Of a stretch of DNA of 64,000 bases, positions 26,263 to 39,044 are shown piece after piece. Position numbers and translations under genes: made by a program. The first letter of the stretch is position 1; every line of letters starts with the position of its first letter. The notes under the pieces were generated by a model. The model searched no databases. It was not told the origin of the DNA and saw nothing but the letters and a program-made list of their open reading frames with translations. Origin of the DNA: Blepharisma stoltei ATCC 30299 (Eukaryota; Protista; Ciliophora); the NCBI GenBank assembly GCA_965603825.1, contig CBFDEM010000032.1, positions 62,001-126,000 of the forward strand, written 5' to 3'.

Positions 26263-27134
26263 AGTCTATGGTAAAAATTAATTATCAGTATTAGCAAAAT
26301 ATTCAGTAGAGTTTATAATGGAATTAACAGGCAAAATATAATATATTGACTTATAGAAAAACTGTAAAGGTAAACTAAGATTCTTAGTAATTTGTAAAAT
26401 AGTGTTTACTGGTGAGCATAAATAAAAAAATAAATTTTTCCCATTTTTTGGATAATATTGATAATTTATATTCTCAATATTATCGCATGTATATAAATTA
26501 GATAATTGCTTATTGATATTTTAAATCATTGATCTGGCTTCTCCAGTCCCTTGGAAATAATGTTTAAAAAAGATTTTTTCTATGCCCTATTTAAAAATAG
26601 CCAATTTTGGTAATATTGCTTTAAATATCACCATTCGGCGTACTTTGTTTTTTTAAGACTCGGATTATATCGTATTTTCTTCTGTGATAAGTTTGCAGGC
26701 TGTTCTACCAATAAATTTTGTCTCATTGTGCCAATGCTTGGTGTGTAAGAAAAAACTCTAAATGAGATTTAATGATAGCAATTGCGATCCATATTTAATC
26801 GCTAAATAGCAGACAATAAGCTTTCTGTTCATATATGTTAACTATTAAATGAGGGCCATTACTTTAAGTGGATAATTTTGTGAAATAGTTAGTTATAATG
26901 CTTTAAGCTGTAATTTCTACTGTTTAACAAAAAACTTTTACTAAATTTATTTTAAAGATTTTCAAACATTTTTATTGGGAATATAATAGACATGAGAGTA
27001 TTGCGATGCTAATTAAGAGAGCAATAAATAATAAGTCTTTATCACTTAACCAATATAATTTCTTAAATCATTACATTTTGACAAGCTCTCTTACAATAGT
27101 TTTTATTTAAATATTATCATAATTGATTTACAAA

Positions 27135-28709
27135 ATGGAGGAAAACAAACCCCGTGCACGCATGGTAGACGAAGAAATCGAAACAGATGAAATTGAATAC
27201 TGGGAGCGAGCAACCACAACTAACCCTCCGAAAAACAAAAAGCTCCAAGTCGACATGACCCCCAGCATCGACATCGAAAATTTAAATCTCTCAGGTTTCC
27301 TCCAAAGAGTCATGCCGCTTATGGAAACCCAGCTGGACAAAGCCACCAAAGCTTTCCAATACTACGAAGTCGAATGAGGCGTCGACAATGATTTAAACAA
27401 CCTTGTCACAGCTTTATCAGGGCCTAATATTGAAGAAGAATTAAAAACCGAAGTAAAAGGTGACGAATATTTCCTCAGAGGCGAAAAAGTGTTAGTCATA
27501 AACTTAGCTGTATCTTGCTTTAGCTGAAATTGTAGAGGAACCTCAATAGCTGTAGGATATACTCGAGAAGAACATAGAGGCTGGTGTCCTCATAAGTCAT
27601 ATATAAGAATATGGACTTTATTTAAGCGTGAACAAAAGTATGTAGAAATTGAAGTGGATGGCTGCTTGACTGCTTTAAGCTTTCATCCGACATTGCCAAA
27701 TATATTAGCTGGAGGGACGTATAACGGACAAATGATATTGTGGGATTTAGATAAAAGCGACCCTTATAAAACAAATTCTATAATTGATGAGTACCAGCAT
27801 AGGGAAGCTATAACTTCTTTATTGTGGGCTGTTTCGCCTGTAAGGCTGCCTCAGCTATTCTCAATTTCAACAGATGGAAAAATTTTGCAATGGAATTATG
27901 AAAATTTGGAATTTCCTTTAAGAGGGTTTATATTGAAAATAAAATCGCAGCTTGAAGGAGGGCTATGCTTTAGCATCCCGCATGAAGAAGATAGCACAAT
28001 TATAGCAGGCTCAGAAGCGGGGAAAATCATGAAGCTTACTTTTTCTGAGCTAAATTCACAAAGTATTCCAATGGACGGTATGAAATGGAAACCAGAAGCT
28101 GAAATGATATTAAATAATCTAAATACCGGGCATAGACAACAAGTATATAAAGCAGCTGTAAGATACGCAATGGATATGCAGCTGAAAGAAGTGGAGCCGA
28201 AGTGCATTTTTTCTTGTAAGCCAGACTTGATGAAAATGTATGCGAACCCAATCACTTTTCACTATGAAAATCATGATGGGCCAGTTTTAGGGATCGCCTG
28301 CAATCCTTTTCATAGGAATTTATTTGCAACTTGTTCTTCTGATGGGACTATAAGGCTTTACCATATATTATCCTCAAAGCCTATACTTACTGTAGAACCA
28401 AATCCGAATAAAAGAATAATATCAATCAGCTGGTCAGAAACCAGGCCTCTGGTACTTGCTGGAGGCTCTGATGATGGGAATGTCTATATTTATGATTTTT
28501 TGCAAAATCAATTCAACCATGTTGCAACTTTGAAAGGGGACCAAAGATCTAAAGTAACTGGAGTAGCTTTTAATAAAGCGATGAGAGATTATTTAGGAGT
28601 TTCATATATCAGTGGAGAAGTGAAGGTCTTCCAACTGTCACCTGTTTTTACATCAAGCCTTCCAGATGAGCACAGGAGGCTGCTTTTATTACTAGAGCAT
28701 GAAGATTAA
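27135..28709 (+). CDS. WDR34: Dynein-2 intermediate chain WDR34-like WD40 protein (524 aa)
   Basis: TGA=W at 27375 and 27525 (CFS-W-NCRGTSIAVGY...HRGWC). Motifs FHPTLPNILAGGTYNG and NPFHRNLFAT. Confidence 0.8.
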
Positions 28710-28964
28710 ATATAAATTAATTTAGAGAAATAGTATAAACTTTTACTTCGAAATAAAACTATAAATAAGAATAAAAATATGATAAAGATACTTATAGATT
28801 TCATAAGATTTTTGAAATAATTTATGGCTTTTGATATTAATTTAATGAAAAAATAATATCCTTGAGAATTTTATAATAATTGCTTTGAAACTATTCTGAT
28901 GTTCATGGGAAAAAAACTCCTCAATGTTCTTTTCTCGTAATTTTAGCTAATAGTCAATAATAAA

Positions 28965-29210
28965 ATGGATATCACTGGTCAGCAAGCATATGAACTCAGT
29001 GAATTTAGTAAGAAAATTTTGAGCCAAAGACTGAATTTGATTAATTTCCGTGCTAGAGATCCAAGTCCTGTTATGAAAATAAGAGATATGCATCAGCCCT
29101 GCAGAGGAGAGATTAAAAAAATTCAAGGCTCAATTCCAAGTATAAAAAAGTGGGAAAATGATGATTTCATGAATTCTACTTGTATACAAGTCAAGCTGTA
29201 CAAAGGTTAA
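28965..29210 (+). CDS. Hypothetical 81-aa protein
   Basis: ATG after an AT-rich leader and coding-like composition. No recognisable motif. Confidence 0.4.
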   Translation: MDITGQQAYELSEFSKKILSQRLNLINFRARDPSPVMKIRDMHQPCRGEIKKIQGSIPSIKKWENDDFMNSTCIQVKLYKG

Positions 29211-29562
29211 TATATACATAATGCCTATAGTTAATACAAGAACTTATCTCCAAAAGTTAGTAACAGCTCTCTGGTTGTTTTTTTTTAATAAATTTTTCTA
29301 ACATGAATAATTCAAGGTATAAAAGATTTGTAATCTGCATAAATATTATTAGATTTACCTTAATTTATTTATATACCACTTATAAAAGTCTTATATAATT
29401 ATAAAGAGGAGAATTTTGTTTTATTATGACTTATCGCTTAATTTGTTGATAATAAATAATAAATCTTATTTTTTTGGTGATCAATAATTTTTTATAAATT
29501 GCTGAAAATATTTGAGCTTAAAAAAATTAAATTCCGCCTTTGTTAATTAATTGATTTTTTAA

Positions 29563-30915
29563 ATGGAAACCCAGTATAATTTATTAGTTCAAAATAATAC
29601 TTATAAAATGAAACATCCAAGTATTTCAATGACCTCAAGAAAAGCTACACGCTTACGTTTCTTAGAGCAAGAAAGTGACCACCTCTACGCTTACAAAATC
29701 GACCTCGAAAAAATTCTGTCAAAAACAAAAGAAGTCCTCAATGAATTGCTTTTCTCAAAAACCCCCACATCTAGCCAACAGCTCGACGGCTCCTCTGAAG
29801 ACACAGCTTCCACATCTCTCATCCTTCTAAAAAGTGTAGAAACAGCCTCGTCAGAAAATTCAGAATTATTTAATTCAGTTTGCAAAGCAAACTCATTGAG
29901 AGATACAATTGATGCAAAGGTGCTAATATCTGAACAGATTTCAGAAGAATGTGCTAGAAAAGAAGCAGAAATATTAGGAGAAATTGATGAGCAGAATAAT
30001 GATTTAAAGTATTTATTAGAAAAAAAGGTTAACAGAATTAATATGCTTAATGCAAAAGCAAGGGATTTGGAAGATCATCATGCAAAAATGAATAGGGAAT
30101 GCACGTTGCTTTTGCAGCTTTCACCTGATAATTTGAAAATATTGGTAAAACTGGAAATGCTGAAAGAAAAACTTTTAAGAAAATCAAAAGAGCTTCAATT
30201 TTGTGAAATGCAGAAAGGAAAACTGAGGGCATATGCTGAGGATATTGAAGAAAAAATAAGGAGATGCTTATTGCTGGCGAAAAATCCGTTATTGAAAATA
30301 AAGAAAGCGATAAATTTACAAGAAAATACACTGGAAAATATATTAATCGATTCATTGGACATTTCAAATTCATCAGAAGTTGTTTTTCCTGATAACTTTA
30401 AAAATGAAAAAGAAAATGATCCAGTTCCCCGCCTTGATTATAGTGCTCTTCACCAAAAGAACGAAGAATCTAATCAAGAGAAAAATAGCCAAAAATCAAG
30501 CATAAGGAATCGGATAAAAGATTTACAAGGTTTATGCAATAGCAAAGCAGAAGAATTAAATAAATTAAGAAAACTTATCAAGGACCAAGACGAAAAAATG
30601 GAAATGCTTATATCTCAAACAAACCTTAAGCCGAAACCAATTACAAATGAAAATAATGAAAAAATTATGGGAAAGCCAAAGCCAAAAAAAGCAATGAGCA
30701 ATCCTCTCGAGTATCTTAGTGGAAACAAAGAAGATTTAAGCAATAAAATCAAAGAAATCCCGAAATTACGAATAAACGATACTGAAGGCATTGAGGATGA
30801 AGAAGAAGATTATTATCCAAATGAGTTAATTAGCTTTATAGCCAGTGATGTAGCTAAATGCGATTTTGAAGAGCCTGACAGCTTACTAATTGGCTATATT
30901 AACGAAATCCACTAG
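29563..30915 (+). CDS. Coiled-coil protein (450 aa)
   Basis: Long ORF rich in heptad-like E/K/L. Confidence 0.8.
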   Translation: METQYNLLVQNNTYKMKHPSISMTSRKATRLRFLEQESDHLYAYKIDLEKILSKTKEVLNELLFSKTPTSSQQLDGSSEDTASTSLILLKSVETASSENSELFNSVCKANSLRDTIDAKVLISEQISEECARKEAEILGEIDEQNNDLKYLLEKKVNRINMLNAKARDLEDHHAKMNRECTLLLQLSPDNLKILVKLEMLKEKLLRKSKELQFCEMQKGKLRAYAEDIEEKIRRCLLLAKNPLLKIKKAINLQENTLENILIDSLDISNSSEVVFPDNFKNEKENDPVPRLDYSALHQKNEESNQEKNSQKSSIRNRIKDLQGLCNSKAEELNKLRKLIKDQDEKMEMLISQTNLKPKPITNENNEKIMGKPKPKKAMSNPLEYLSGNKEDLSNKIKEIPKLRINDTEGIEDEEEDYYPNELISFIASDVAKCDFEEPDSLLIGYINEIH

Positions 30916-30972
30916 CTTATTAATATATACATTTCATAAATTATTAATTTAAATCGCATCCTTTATACAAAT

Positions 30973-31731
30973 TTAAAATAAATTCAAAGGAGCAACAATG
31001 CATCCAAGCTTATATGGGATTTTTTCCCTCTTGGTATGGATCCTTAAACCTGGCTTCTTAAAAGAATGGTCATGATTTTGCTTGATTTTTTCATTTTGAG
31101 GAGTCAAATTGCTAGCTTTGATCAAAAAGTTTTCCCTCTCATTGATGCTTTCATAGTTTAAATTCATTGATTTATTTCTTCTGTTTCTTCCGCTCTTTCA
31201 CAATACATTTTCATAGAAATTTTGTCTCAAAAAAGGAGAATAGCTATTAGCAACTTTTTGGTATCGTTCAAGTGGCTTAGGCTTTATCACTTCAATCTTA
31301 AAAGGAGTGCTTTTATTGAAACTGTCCTTAATTATCATTTCCAGAGTTTTATTTGGATGCGATTCTATGTTGTTTCTATTTTCTATAGTAAAACTGTCAA
31401 TTGCTTTATCATAGTCCACATCTTGGTCTATACAAAGACTCTTTCTCCTGAGTTTTGAGATAGCAGACTGAATCCTATAGTCACTTTTTGACGCAGGTTC
31501 TTGGATCTCAAAATCAATTGTTGAGGAATTCTTTGATATATTTAGCTTATTTATTAACTTAGGTGTTTTATGTCTCCTTTCTGCAATTTCTTTTAAATTC
31601 AGTTGAAACCTTGCACCTGAGCTATAGATTCATCCAGAAATTTCGTCATTTCGGGAAGGAGTTGGGCTCATATAACGCTCAGATTCGTCTGCTAAATCTT
31701 GGGTGACTTTAGATTCTCTTGCTTTGCTCAT
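30973..31731 (-). CDS. Uncharacterised protein (252 aa)
   Basis: ATG 31731. TGA=W at 31632 and 31200 link ORFs 31198..31419 and 30973..31167 in frame. Confidence 0.7.
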
Positions 31732-31930
31732 ATTTCATTATATTAAATTTCACGTAACAAAAAATAATAGTTTGCATAATTATTCAGCTATTAAAAAAAT
31801 CATAAATTAATAAAGTAAACTTCAGGGTAAATTTTCATAATCGCCGGATTGCTTTTATAGATAATTATATTTTGCTTTTCAAGTAAAATAGTAATAGTAA
31901 CTTAATATTATCGATAAAAATTGTATTTAA

Positions 31931-33494
31931 ATGTTGGAAGATTATGAAATGCCTTTAGATTTGCAGCTAAGCCAATCTAATTTTGAAACTATATTTTATA
32001 AAAAGCAAGGATACGCAGTCATAAGAAACTTAGCTTTAACTTGCCAACTAAATACTATTGGTAATAGACTTCAGAGCTGAAGAGTATTTCTAGGCATCTT
32101 CCAAGAAAATTCCGATATCTCATCTTGGGAGCAAACAATAGTCCAGTCAAGAAGGGCTTTTGCTCAGCTTAAAAGCTCAACACAAATAGATGGAAAGGGT
32201 GGAGACCCGTTAACTCATCATTCTAATGTGAGAATTACGTCAGAACCCATGAAATCAATTATATAAAGACAAAGACCTGAAAAATGAAATACAAAGAGAC
32301 GTCGACAGAACTTTCCAAAAAAATCCTTTTTTCAGGCTAGAATTTGTCAAGAAAATGATGATCGAGGTCCTTTTTATATGAGCAAAAGCACACCCAAATA
32401 TAAGCTACAGACAAGGAATGAATGAAATTCTTGCTTTTATAGTCGTTGTTGTTTATGGAGAGAGAGCACATGGAAATATTACAATTAAAGAGCCATCTGC
32501 AAGAGTCTTAAGATTATTAAATGATGAAGACAGCATAGAAAGTGATGTATATCAGCTATTTGATAGAATAATGATTATGGGTCTTGCAGATTTGAATGCT
32601 CCAGTAGAAAACCAAGAGCTCCCTAATAAGAAAGGAAGACTTCTGTTTTTAGACCCATTAAATCAAAGATATCAAAGTGAAGATCTAAGTGCATCATTAG
32701 TACTTAGAAAATGCAATTTAATATTCCATGTTTATTTAAAAGCTATAGATCCTCAGTTATATGAACATTTAGATAATGAAAAAATCGAGCCTCATCTATT
32801 TTTATTGTAATTGATATTTAGACGGTGGCTGAGATGTTTATGCGCTAGAGAATTCACTATGTCGAATGTACTGATATTATGAGACGCAATTTTTGCATCC
32901 CAAGCAATAAATATAGAAAACAACAGAGAAGATATCACTGGAAGGATTGATAAGACAAGAGAGTTTGTGATGCTTGATTTTGTGTCAGTTGCTATGATTG
33001 TGTTCGTGAGAAACCATTGTAATAGTTATTCAGTGGTTAATGCAGACTCTGCAAGCATTTTACAGAGATTGCTTAAGTACCCTCCAGTTGAGGATATAGG
33101 CTCACTTGTGGATTTGTCTATGAAATGCAGAGATTTTATATTCAGCGGAGATATTAACAAAAAACCGAATTTACCTGATTTTCCGTTTATTGAGCCACCA
33201 AGAAAGACTGAAAAACAAAAAAAAGTCGAAAAAAAATATTCCGAATCAAAAAGCAAGAAAAAACAAGAAGCACAAATGATGACTTTACACTCATTTTCTC
33301 AATGGAAAAATGAATCATCGTTGCAAAATGACCTAGAAGTTCTTAATAGCTCTTTGAATTCTGTAAATGAAATAATTGAGCTTATTCAAAGCCAAATATC
33401 AAGGTAAAAAATATTCAGTAATTCATATAGTTTGGAAGAAGCAGTTCACGCCCACGAAGAATTAAATAAGATTAAGCAAGGCTTTACTACTTAA
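31931..33494 (+). CDS. TBC-domain RabGAP, TBC1D5-like (500 aa; 4 tiny introns, 4 TGA-Trp)
   Basis: RLQS-W-RVFLG, NP-W-NQL, IQRDVDRTFQ, LFI-W-AK...YRQGMNE, LRWLRCL..RE and IL-W-DAIF. Introns at 32228, 32807, 33019 and 33404. Confidence 0.9.
32228..32243 (+). other. 16-nt spliceosomal intron
   Basis: GTGAGAATTACGTCAG. Removal restores the TBC frame. Confidence 0.9.
32807..32821 (+). other. 15-nt intron
   Basis: GTAATTGATATTTAG. Removal restores FLLRWLR. Confidence 0.9.
33019..33033 (+). other. 15-nt in-frame, stop-free intron
   Basis: GTAATAGTTATTCAG fits the consensus. The spliced VRNHLVNADSASILQRLLKYPP fits TBC spacing. Confidence 0.7.
33404..33418 (+). other. 15-nt intron
   Basis: GTAAAAAATATTCAG. 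Splicing removes an in-frame TAA and extends the ORF to 33494. Confidence 0.75.
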
Positions 33495-33642
33495 TTTTAG
33501 AAAATTTAAATCCATTTTCTCTTTTACAACTCTATAAATTCTATTTTTAGCAAATCTGAAAAATCTATATGAATCTTTATAAGTTTAATTTAATCACAAT
33601 ACCAAAAACGAGACTTTATTATCTATAAATAATCGCTGTGTA

Positions 33643-34626
33643 TTAAGACGGAGAATCAATGAAGATTTTTTGGCAAAGCTTAATCTGGTCAGTCTGAAGA
33701 TCACATACATTGATATTCATATCAACAGGACACTCCTCGCTTTGATAGACACTATCAACTGCCACATCAATTTTAAATTCAAAATTTGCATGATTCGAAT
33801 ATTGATCAATGGAAAATTTGGATAATAATTTATAAAAAACATCGACAAGTTTTTGAGATGGCTCAATCGAAATGACGCTGCAATTTTTTTGGTACTTAAC
33901 CCGCAAAATTTTGCCTCTACTGAACTCGGATATCCTTATTATAGAAGCATTTCTCATAGGAGATTCAGGCTCGTATGTGGGCGAGCAGCATAGTCCAAGA
34001 CAGTCTTCATTTAAATCTTTTAGCTTGAGGCTTTTATCGATAATTAAATCAATGTCAGGTATATGTGAGTCATAATCCATTATGCATACATCATAACCTT
34101 CAGACTTAGTCCCATATGGAAGTTTAATTGGCTTTGGAGTATTGTTAATGCATACGATGATTGTTTTTTTAATAAGGTCCAATACCTTATCTTCAATTGA
34201 AATTTTTATATTCAAAAATTTTGTTGAGTCGAATAAATAGACTTTTATGCTAATAAAATCAGCATTTTTATCTGACAGATTTGAAGGCTCTTTTAGTGAT
34301 TGAGTCAATAAGGAAGTTCTCTTTTCAGTTATATCATTTGAGAGATACTCATCTTCTTTTAGAATAATTATATCAGAATCATTATTCGTACTTAAGTCCG
34401 ATTGAGGCTCCAGAATTGGCGAGGGGTCATTAGCTTCATTTTCTACTTCATTTCAAGAAATATTTTTGGAACTCTGAGGAGAACTCAAAAGTAGCTGGTG
34501 AATTTTAGAGCTGTAGGAAATCACCTCTAGTTCACCATTATTCTCAGCATTGTTTTGTGGGTCGAATCCATTACAACTATTAAGGCTTGCAAATCGGCTA
34601 AGCTCGAAAGACTCTGAGAATTCCAT
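33643..34626 (-). CDS. SIN1/AVO1-like protein (CRIM plus RBD-like; no PH domain), 327 aa
   Basis: ATG 34626, TGA=W at 34453. RTSLLTQSL...IKVYL...KVLDLIKKTI...YDVCIMDYD..PDID..ID...LGLC resembles the SIN1 CRIM domain. Confidence 0.6.
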
Positions 34627-35118
34627 TATTTTTGTTGAGGTCAGAAGTTTTAAAGAGAAAATTGGACAGATAAATATGGTCGTTTTAATACCTTTAAGAC
34701 ACAATAAATTGAAGAAATCAGAAAATAAGTTAAGAATTTTTTAAAGATTTGGCTTTAAATTTACTGGCTATGCTATGCTATCTTTTTTTAATAAAATACC
34801 ATACTTTATTTAAATAATGACTGAATTATGATCTTATATTCTAACAAGTTTTTTAAGTCTAAAGACTTAAAAATAAAGCAATTTTTAAAGATAAAATATC
34901 CTATTAATGAAAATTGACAATATCACATCTAAATACAATAAATGCTTTATTTATTAGTTACAAAATGAACCTATATGTCATGAAAATTTTTGGGTAATAA
35001 TATTTGGATTCTCTTACAAAAAATCAGAGGATTCTAATTATGAATATTAAAAATCATTAAATACTCTAAATTTATACTTACAATTGATTAAATATTAACA
35101 AAATAAATACCAAATGAA

Positions 35119-36408
35119 TTATTTGGAAAAAATATTTTCAACAAAGCACGCAAATTGTTGAAAATCCATCCCATCTGATTCTAATCCTTCAATAAAATCA
35201 TCATGGGCTATGTTCCTATCAATTGCCTCAATTATATCTAATAAGGCAATTTTCCCCTTTTTACTTCTATCAATATAGTTAAATACTTCATGCAATTTTT
35301 CCTGAGTTGTCACAATATGTTTATCGACTGAAATTGCAATAAATTCGATAAACGACAAATTAAAATCCTCAAAATGAGGAGAAGACTCAGCATGTTCAGC
35401 CCTTTGCTTTATTTGATGCTCACTATTTATAAACTGTTCAATTTGATCTTTAATTTCAATATCAGAACTGAGAAAACTCAAATAATTCAAAACATACTTC
35501 TCAAAATTGTTTAACCCTTGGTAGTTTTTTACCAAGAAAGGATCATAATTATAAACCTTTTGTGATCCTATTTTAACATCCACAAGCCAAGGATGATTTA
35601 AGGCTTCTTTTGCTGAAATTCTATCACTTGGGCTGATAGTTAGTAATTTTCTTACTAAATCTTTTGCTGAGTCACTAACCAAGCTTCATTCCTCTTCTTC
35701 AAAGCTTGGACTAAAGTTAAGGATTGTATTAAGCATCTCATCTTCAGAGTTGCCTATATAAGGAGGATTTCCAGATAGCATCATATAAAGTACTACTCCT
35801 AGGCTTCACTCATCGCATTTTTCATTATAGCTCCCTTGCAATACTTCAGGGGCCATATAATAAGAACTTCCGACTTTTGCACTTAGAACATTTTTATTGT
35901 AATAATCTGAAGCTATTCCAAAATCAACCAATTTAATAATAGCATTATTGCTGATACTGGACAATAAGAAATTTTCAGGTTTAACATCTCTATGGACAAT
36001 ATTTTGGCCATGGATATAACTAATTGCCGACACCATTTGTTTAAATAATTGCGCACAGTCTTTTTCCATTATTGCTCCCTCAAGAAGCCTGTTATAAAGG
36101 TCGCCCTCAGGGCAGTATTCTAAGGCTAAATAAATGTTTCTGAAATCTTCAGAGACCTCATAAAGCTTGATTATATTTGGGTGGTCCAAACGCTTTAGAA
36201 TTTCTGCTTCATTGCTAACATTACAATTTTTCTGTTTAGGAATGATTTTTATCGCTGCTTCTCGAAAAATATTGGGAATGGTGCCTAGAAATATTGTTCC
36301 TGCTGATCCTTCAGCGATGCATTCTTTGCGGAGCCTATAATTCCTTCTCTCTGAGTTTGGGTAAAAATGAACGAATTTGTCCTTCAACATTCTTTCGAGA
36401 TCTTTCAT
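35119..36408 (-). CDS. CDPK-like kinase with degenerate EF-hand region (429 aa)
   Basis: HRDVKPEN, DFG, APE, KCDE-W(TGA 35806)-SLGV and EEE-W(TGA 35686)-SLVSDSAKDL. Confidence 0.9.
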
Positions 36409-37309
36409 CTTTTATTATCAGAAATTGAATTATTTTAGCATAAAGGGAAATAAAAGATCACCAAAATACTATTAATTTTTACCTTAGAAAAGTGTTTTGC
36501 ATTTTTATTAGTTATAAATGTTCCATATGGGTGATTGAATAAAATCTGTAAAAATAGCCAGCAAAAGAACGGTAATTGCTGAAATAATTTATCAAGGAAT
36601 ATGGACTGCTAAAAGGCAATAAAAACTGCGATTTTTTAAAAAGCTAAAAAATTCTATTAAAATGCTATATAAGTGAGATTAATGTATTGGCGTTGGGTAA
36701 AAGTTAAAAAGTAGTTAAAAACAATCAAAAAAATTATGAATTATTTGAAAATTCATGATGGTGAAAATTAATAAAATATAAGGTCAAAATAATTTGTTAG
36801 ATAGGTAGTTAATTTTAGCATATATACAAAATAATAGTGTCAAAGATTTAGTGAACTTTTAAAAAGAAACTCAAATATATAGGGCTTTATTAATATTTCG
36901 ACTCTTAATATAATTAAAGTAGCTTCATAGCCCAGAAATATTCACATCATGGACAAAAATATATAATTGCAAGTATAGCTAAAATATTATTTTTGAAACT
37001 AATTAACGAATTTTCTTTCACTTTGAATTAATTGATTTTGGGAAGTCAACTTTAATAAATTTTTCGCCCAGAATAATCTTAAAAATAAGCTAAACTTTGC
37101 TACTTTATAAAAATCTTTACCTAGAATTTTCATTATCTATATTTCAAGGAAAAATGATAATTACTGATAAGAGATGCTTTATTACATCTTAGCTATATTT
37201 AAAATCAATTATACAATAAATAAACGCTGTTAGCTCCAGAGATGGACATGATCAGAAATGCTTTTAAATGCAAATAAAATGTCATTTATTTATATACTAT
37301 TTAAGCCTG

Positions 37310-38968
37310 ATGCTACCTCAACCTATTGTCTATGAAATTGTTTCATATCTTAGCTTACCTGAACTCTTTACAGTTACACAAGTGAACAAGTCCTTCAACA
37401 AAGCAGCTGAGACTCCTTCCCTTTGGAAAAGAGAGTTTCTAAGGATCTGAATCCAAGATCAAGATTTAAAATCTGAGCTTGAATTTAATGTCCACGGATT
37501 TTGGAAATATCTATGCATTAAAGGACTCAAATCTCAAATCAATTGGAAAAACCTATCAGGGAGCTTATTTACAGACGCAGAAGTTTCGTTCCTTTATGAT
37601 GAACTCCAAACTGCTTTGAAATCTCCTCTAATCCCTTGCATAGCTTTTAGAAGGGACATACATTCATTCCCTACATTACTACAAGATGTCTTTGGAAACC
37701 CTATGGATCAATTTTCAGAGGATATGGACATAGATTACATTAGCACATTTGAAAATTATATGAACTCAGCCGGGAGTTACTTATGTGCTGAAATTCAGAG
37801 TTTATCAGATTTAACCTTATTAGCCGCCTCAAGATGAAATTTAGTATCAGCTGAGGCCATATGTGAAGATAGGCCAAGCAACAGTTCAGAGTCTACCTGC
37901 GATACTGATGAAGAAGTTTCATGCAAATTTTCTTATAAAGGAACAAAAAGCCTTTTATTACAATTTTATGCGTGCTTAAAAAAATCAATTGAGCTATTCT
38001 GTGAAGGAGTTTCTTACAGTTTATTAGAAAGCAATGACATAATAAACGAATATGTGCAAACTTGGAATAATTTTTCAGCCTCAACTAAAAATATCAATGA
38101 TTTATTCAGCCCTTTGACAGAAATGATCAATGAAGTGTATGATGCAAAATTCGGAGAAAATTGTGAAGCTCCAAGGCTGAATTTGGTAAGAATTATGATT
38201 GCTTGTTGGAGGAGGATTGTTTTTGAAAGAGTCCAAGACAAATTGATTGACCAAATTTTAAGGATGATTAAGCAAGAAAGGATCTCAGTGATTGAACAAA
38301 AAACAGATTACAACGTGCTTGATAGCTTAAAAGGCGTTGTGGATGCAATTATGGATATTAGCTTAAATGAACTTACAGTTTATTTAAAAAATCATTCAAA
38401 ACTGCAATTAGAGGGCCCATATTTAGGACTTCATGAAGCAATTCTTTCAGCCTCATATGAAAATTACTCAGAGTTATCATTATCTACTTCTAACCTAGCC
38501 TTATTTTTTGAAAAAGAGCACGATCTTTTATCAAATTTCCTACCGAATTCTACATTAATGCAACTAAACCAGCTTAAAATCAAAATTTTAATTTCCAGCC
38601 TCCAAAACTCTTTAGTCCAAGAATTCCAAAGTTTCAAGCCAAACCCATTCCTAGCTTCCTCTCGGCACTATTCCAAAGACTTTGCAGCCTTTTTATATCA
38701 AATTGACTCCAACACACACAAAATTTCAGCATTCCTTGACTTTTGTACAAGTAACTTAAACCTAGCAAAAGATTTAGAAATGCTTGAAATGCTAAACAAA
38801 GAACTATACAATGAACTTACAGTAGAAGATGACTATTTCATAGAGCGAAGAGCAGAACTCGCAGGAGTTCCCACAAGCATACAGCCAGAAAAGCTTTTGT
38901 TGTTCTCCACCTGCCGAGACCTAACATATCCTCAGTTGAAGAATCTATTAAAAGCCTGTACAGTTTAA
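37310..38968 (+). CDS. F-box protein with cullin N-terminal-repeat-like region (552 aa)
   Basis: F-box LPQPIVYEIVSYLSLPELFTVTQVNKSF...LWK. TGA=W at 37448 and 37835 join three ORFs in frame. Confidence 0.8.
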
Positions 38969-39044
38969 TGATTGTATGTTTAATCAATTTTCGCTTTTTT
39001 TAATTAAATTCTCGAATATTTCACCTAATTTTTTTAAAATTAAA

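Noticed and set aside
26400-26760. Slightly GC-richer stretch with a ~48-codon minus-strand frame
   Set aside because: No recognisable protein or RNA motif, and TAA/TAG interrupt the frames examined.
27491-27507. Possible intron GTTAGTCATAAACTTAG in WDR34
   Set aside because: It is 17 nt and would shift the frame; the frame is already open without splicing.
29206-29230. Possible intron extending the 81-aa ORF
   Set aside because: The GT...AG span is 25 nt and does not fit the 15/16-nt class.
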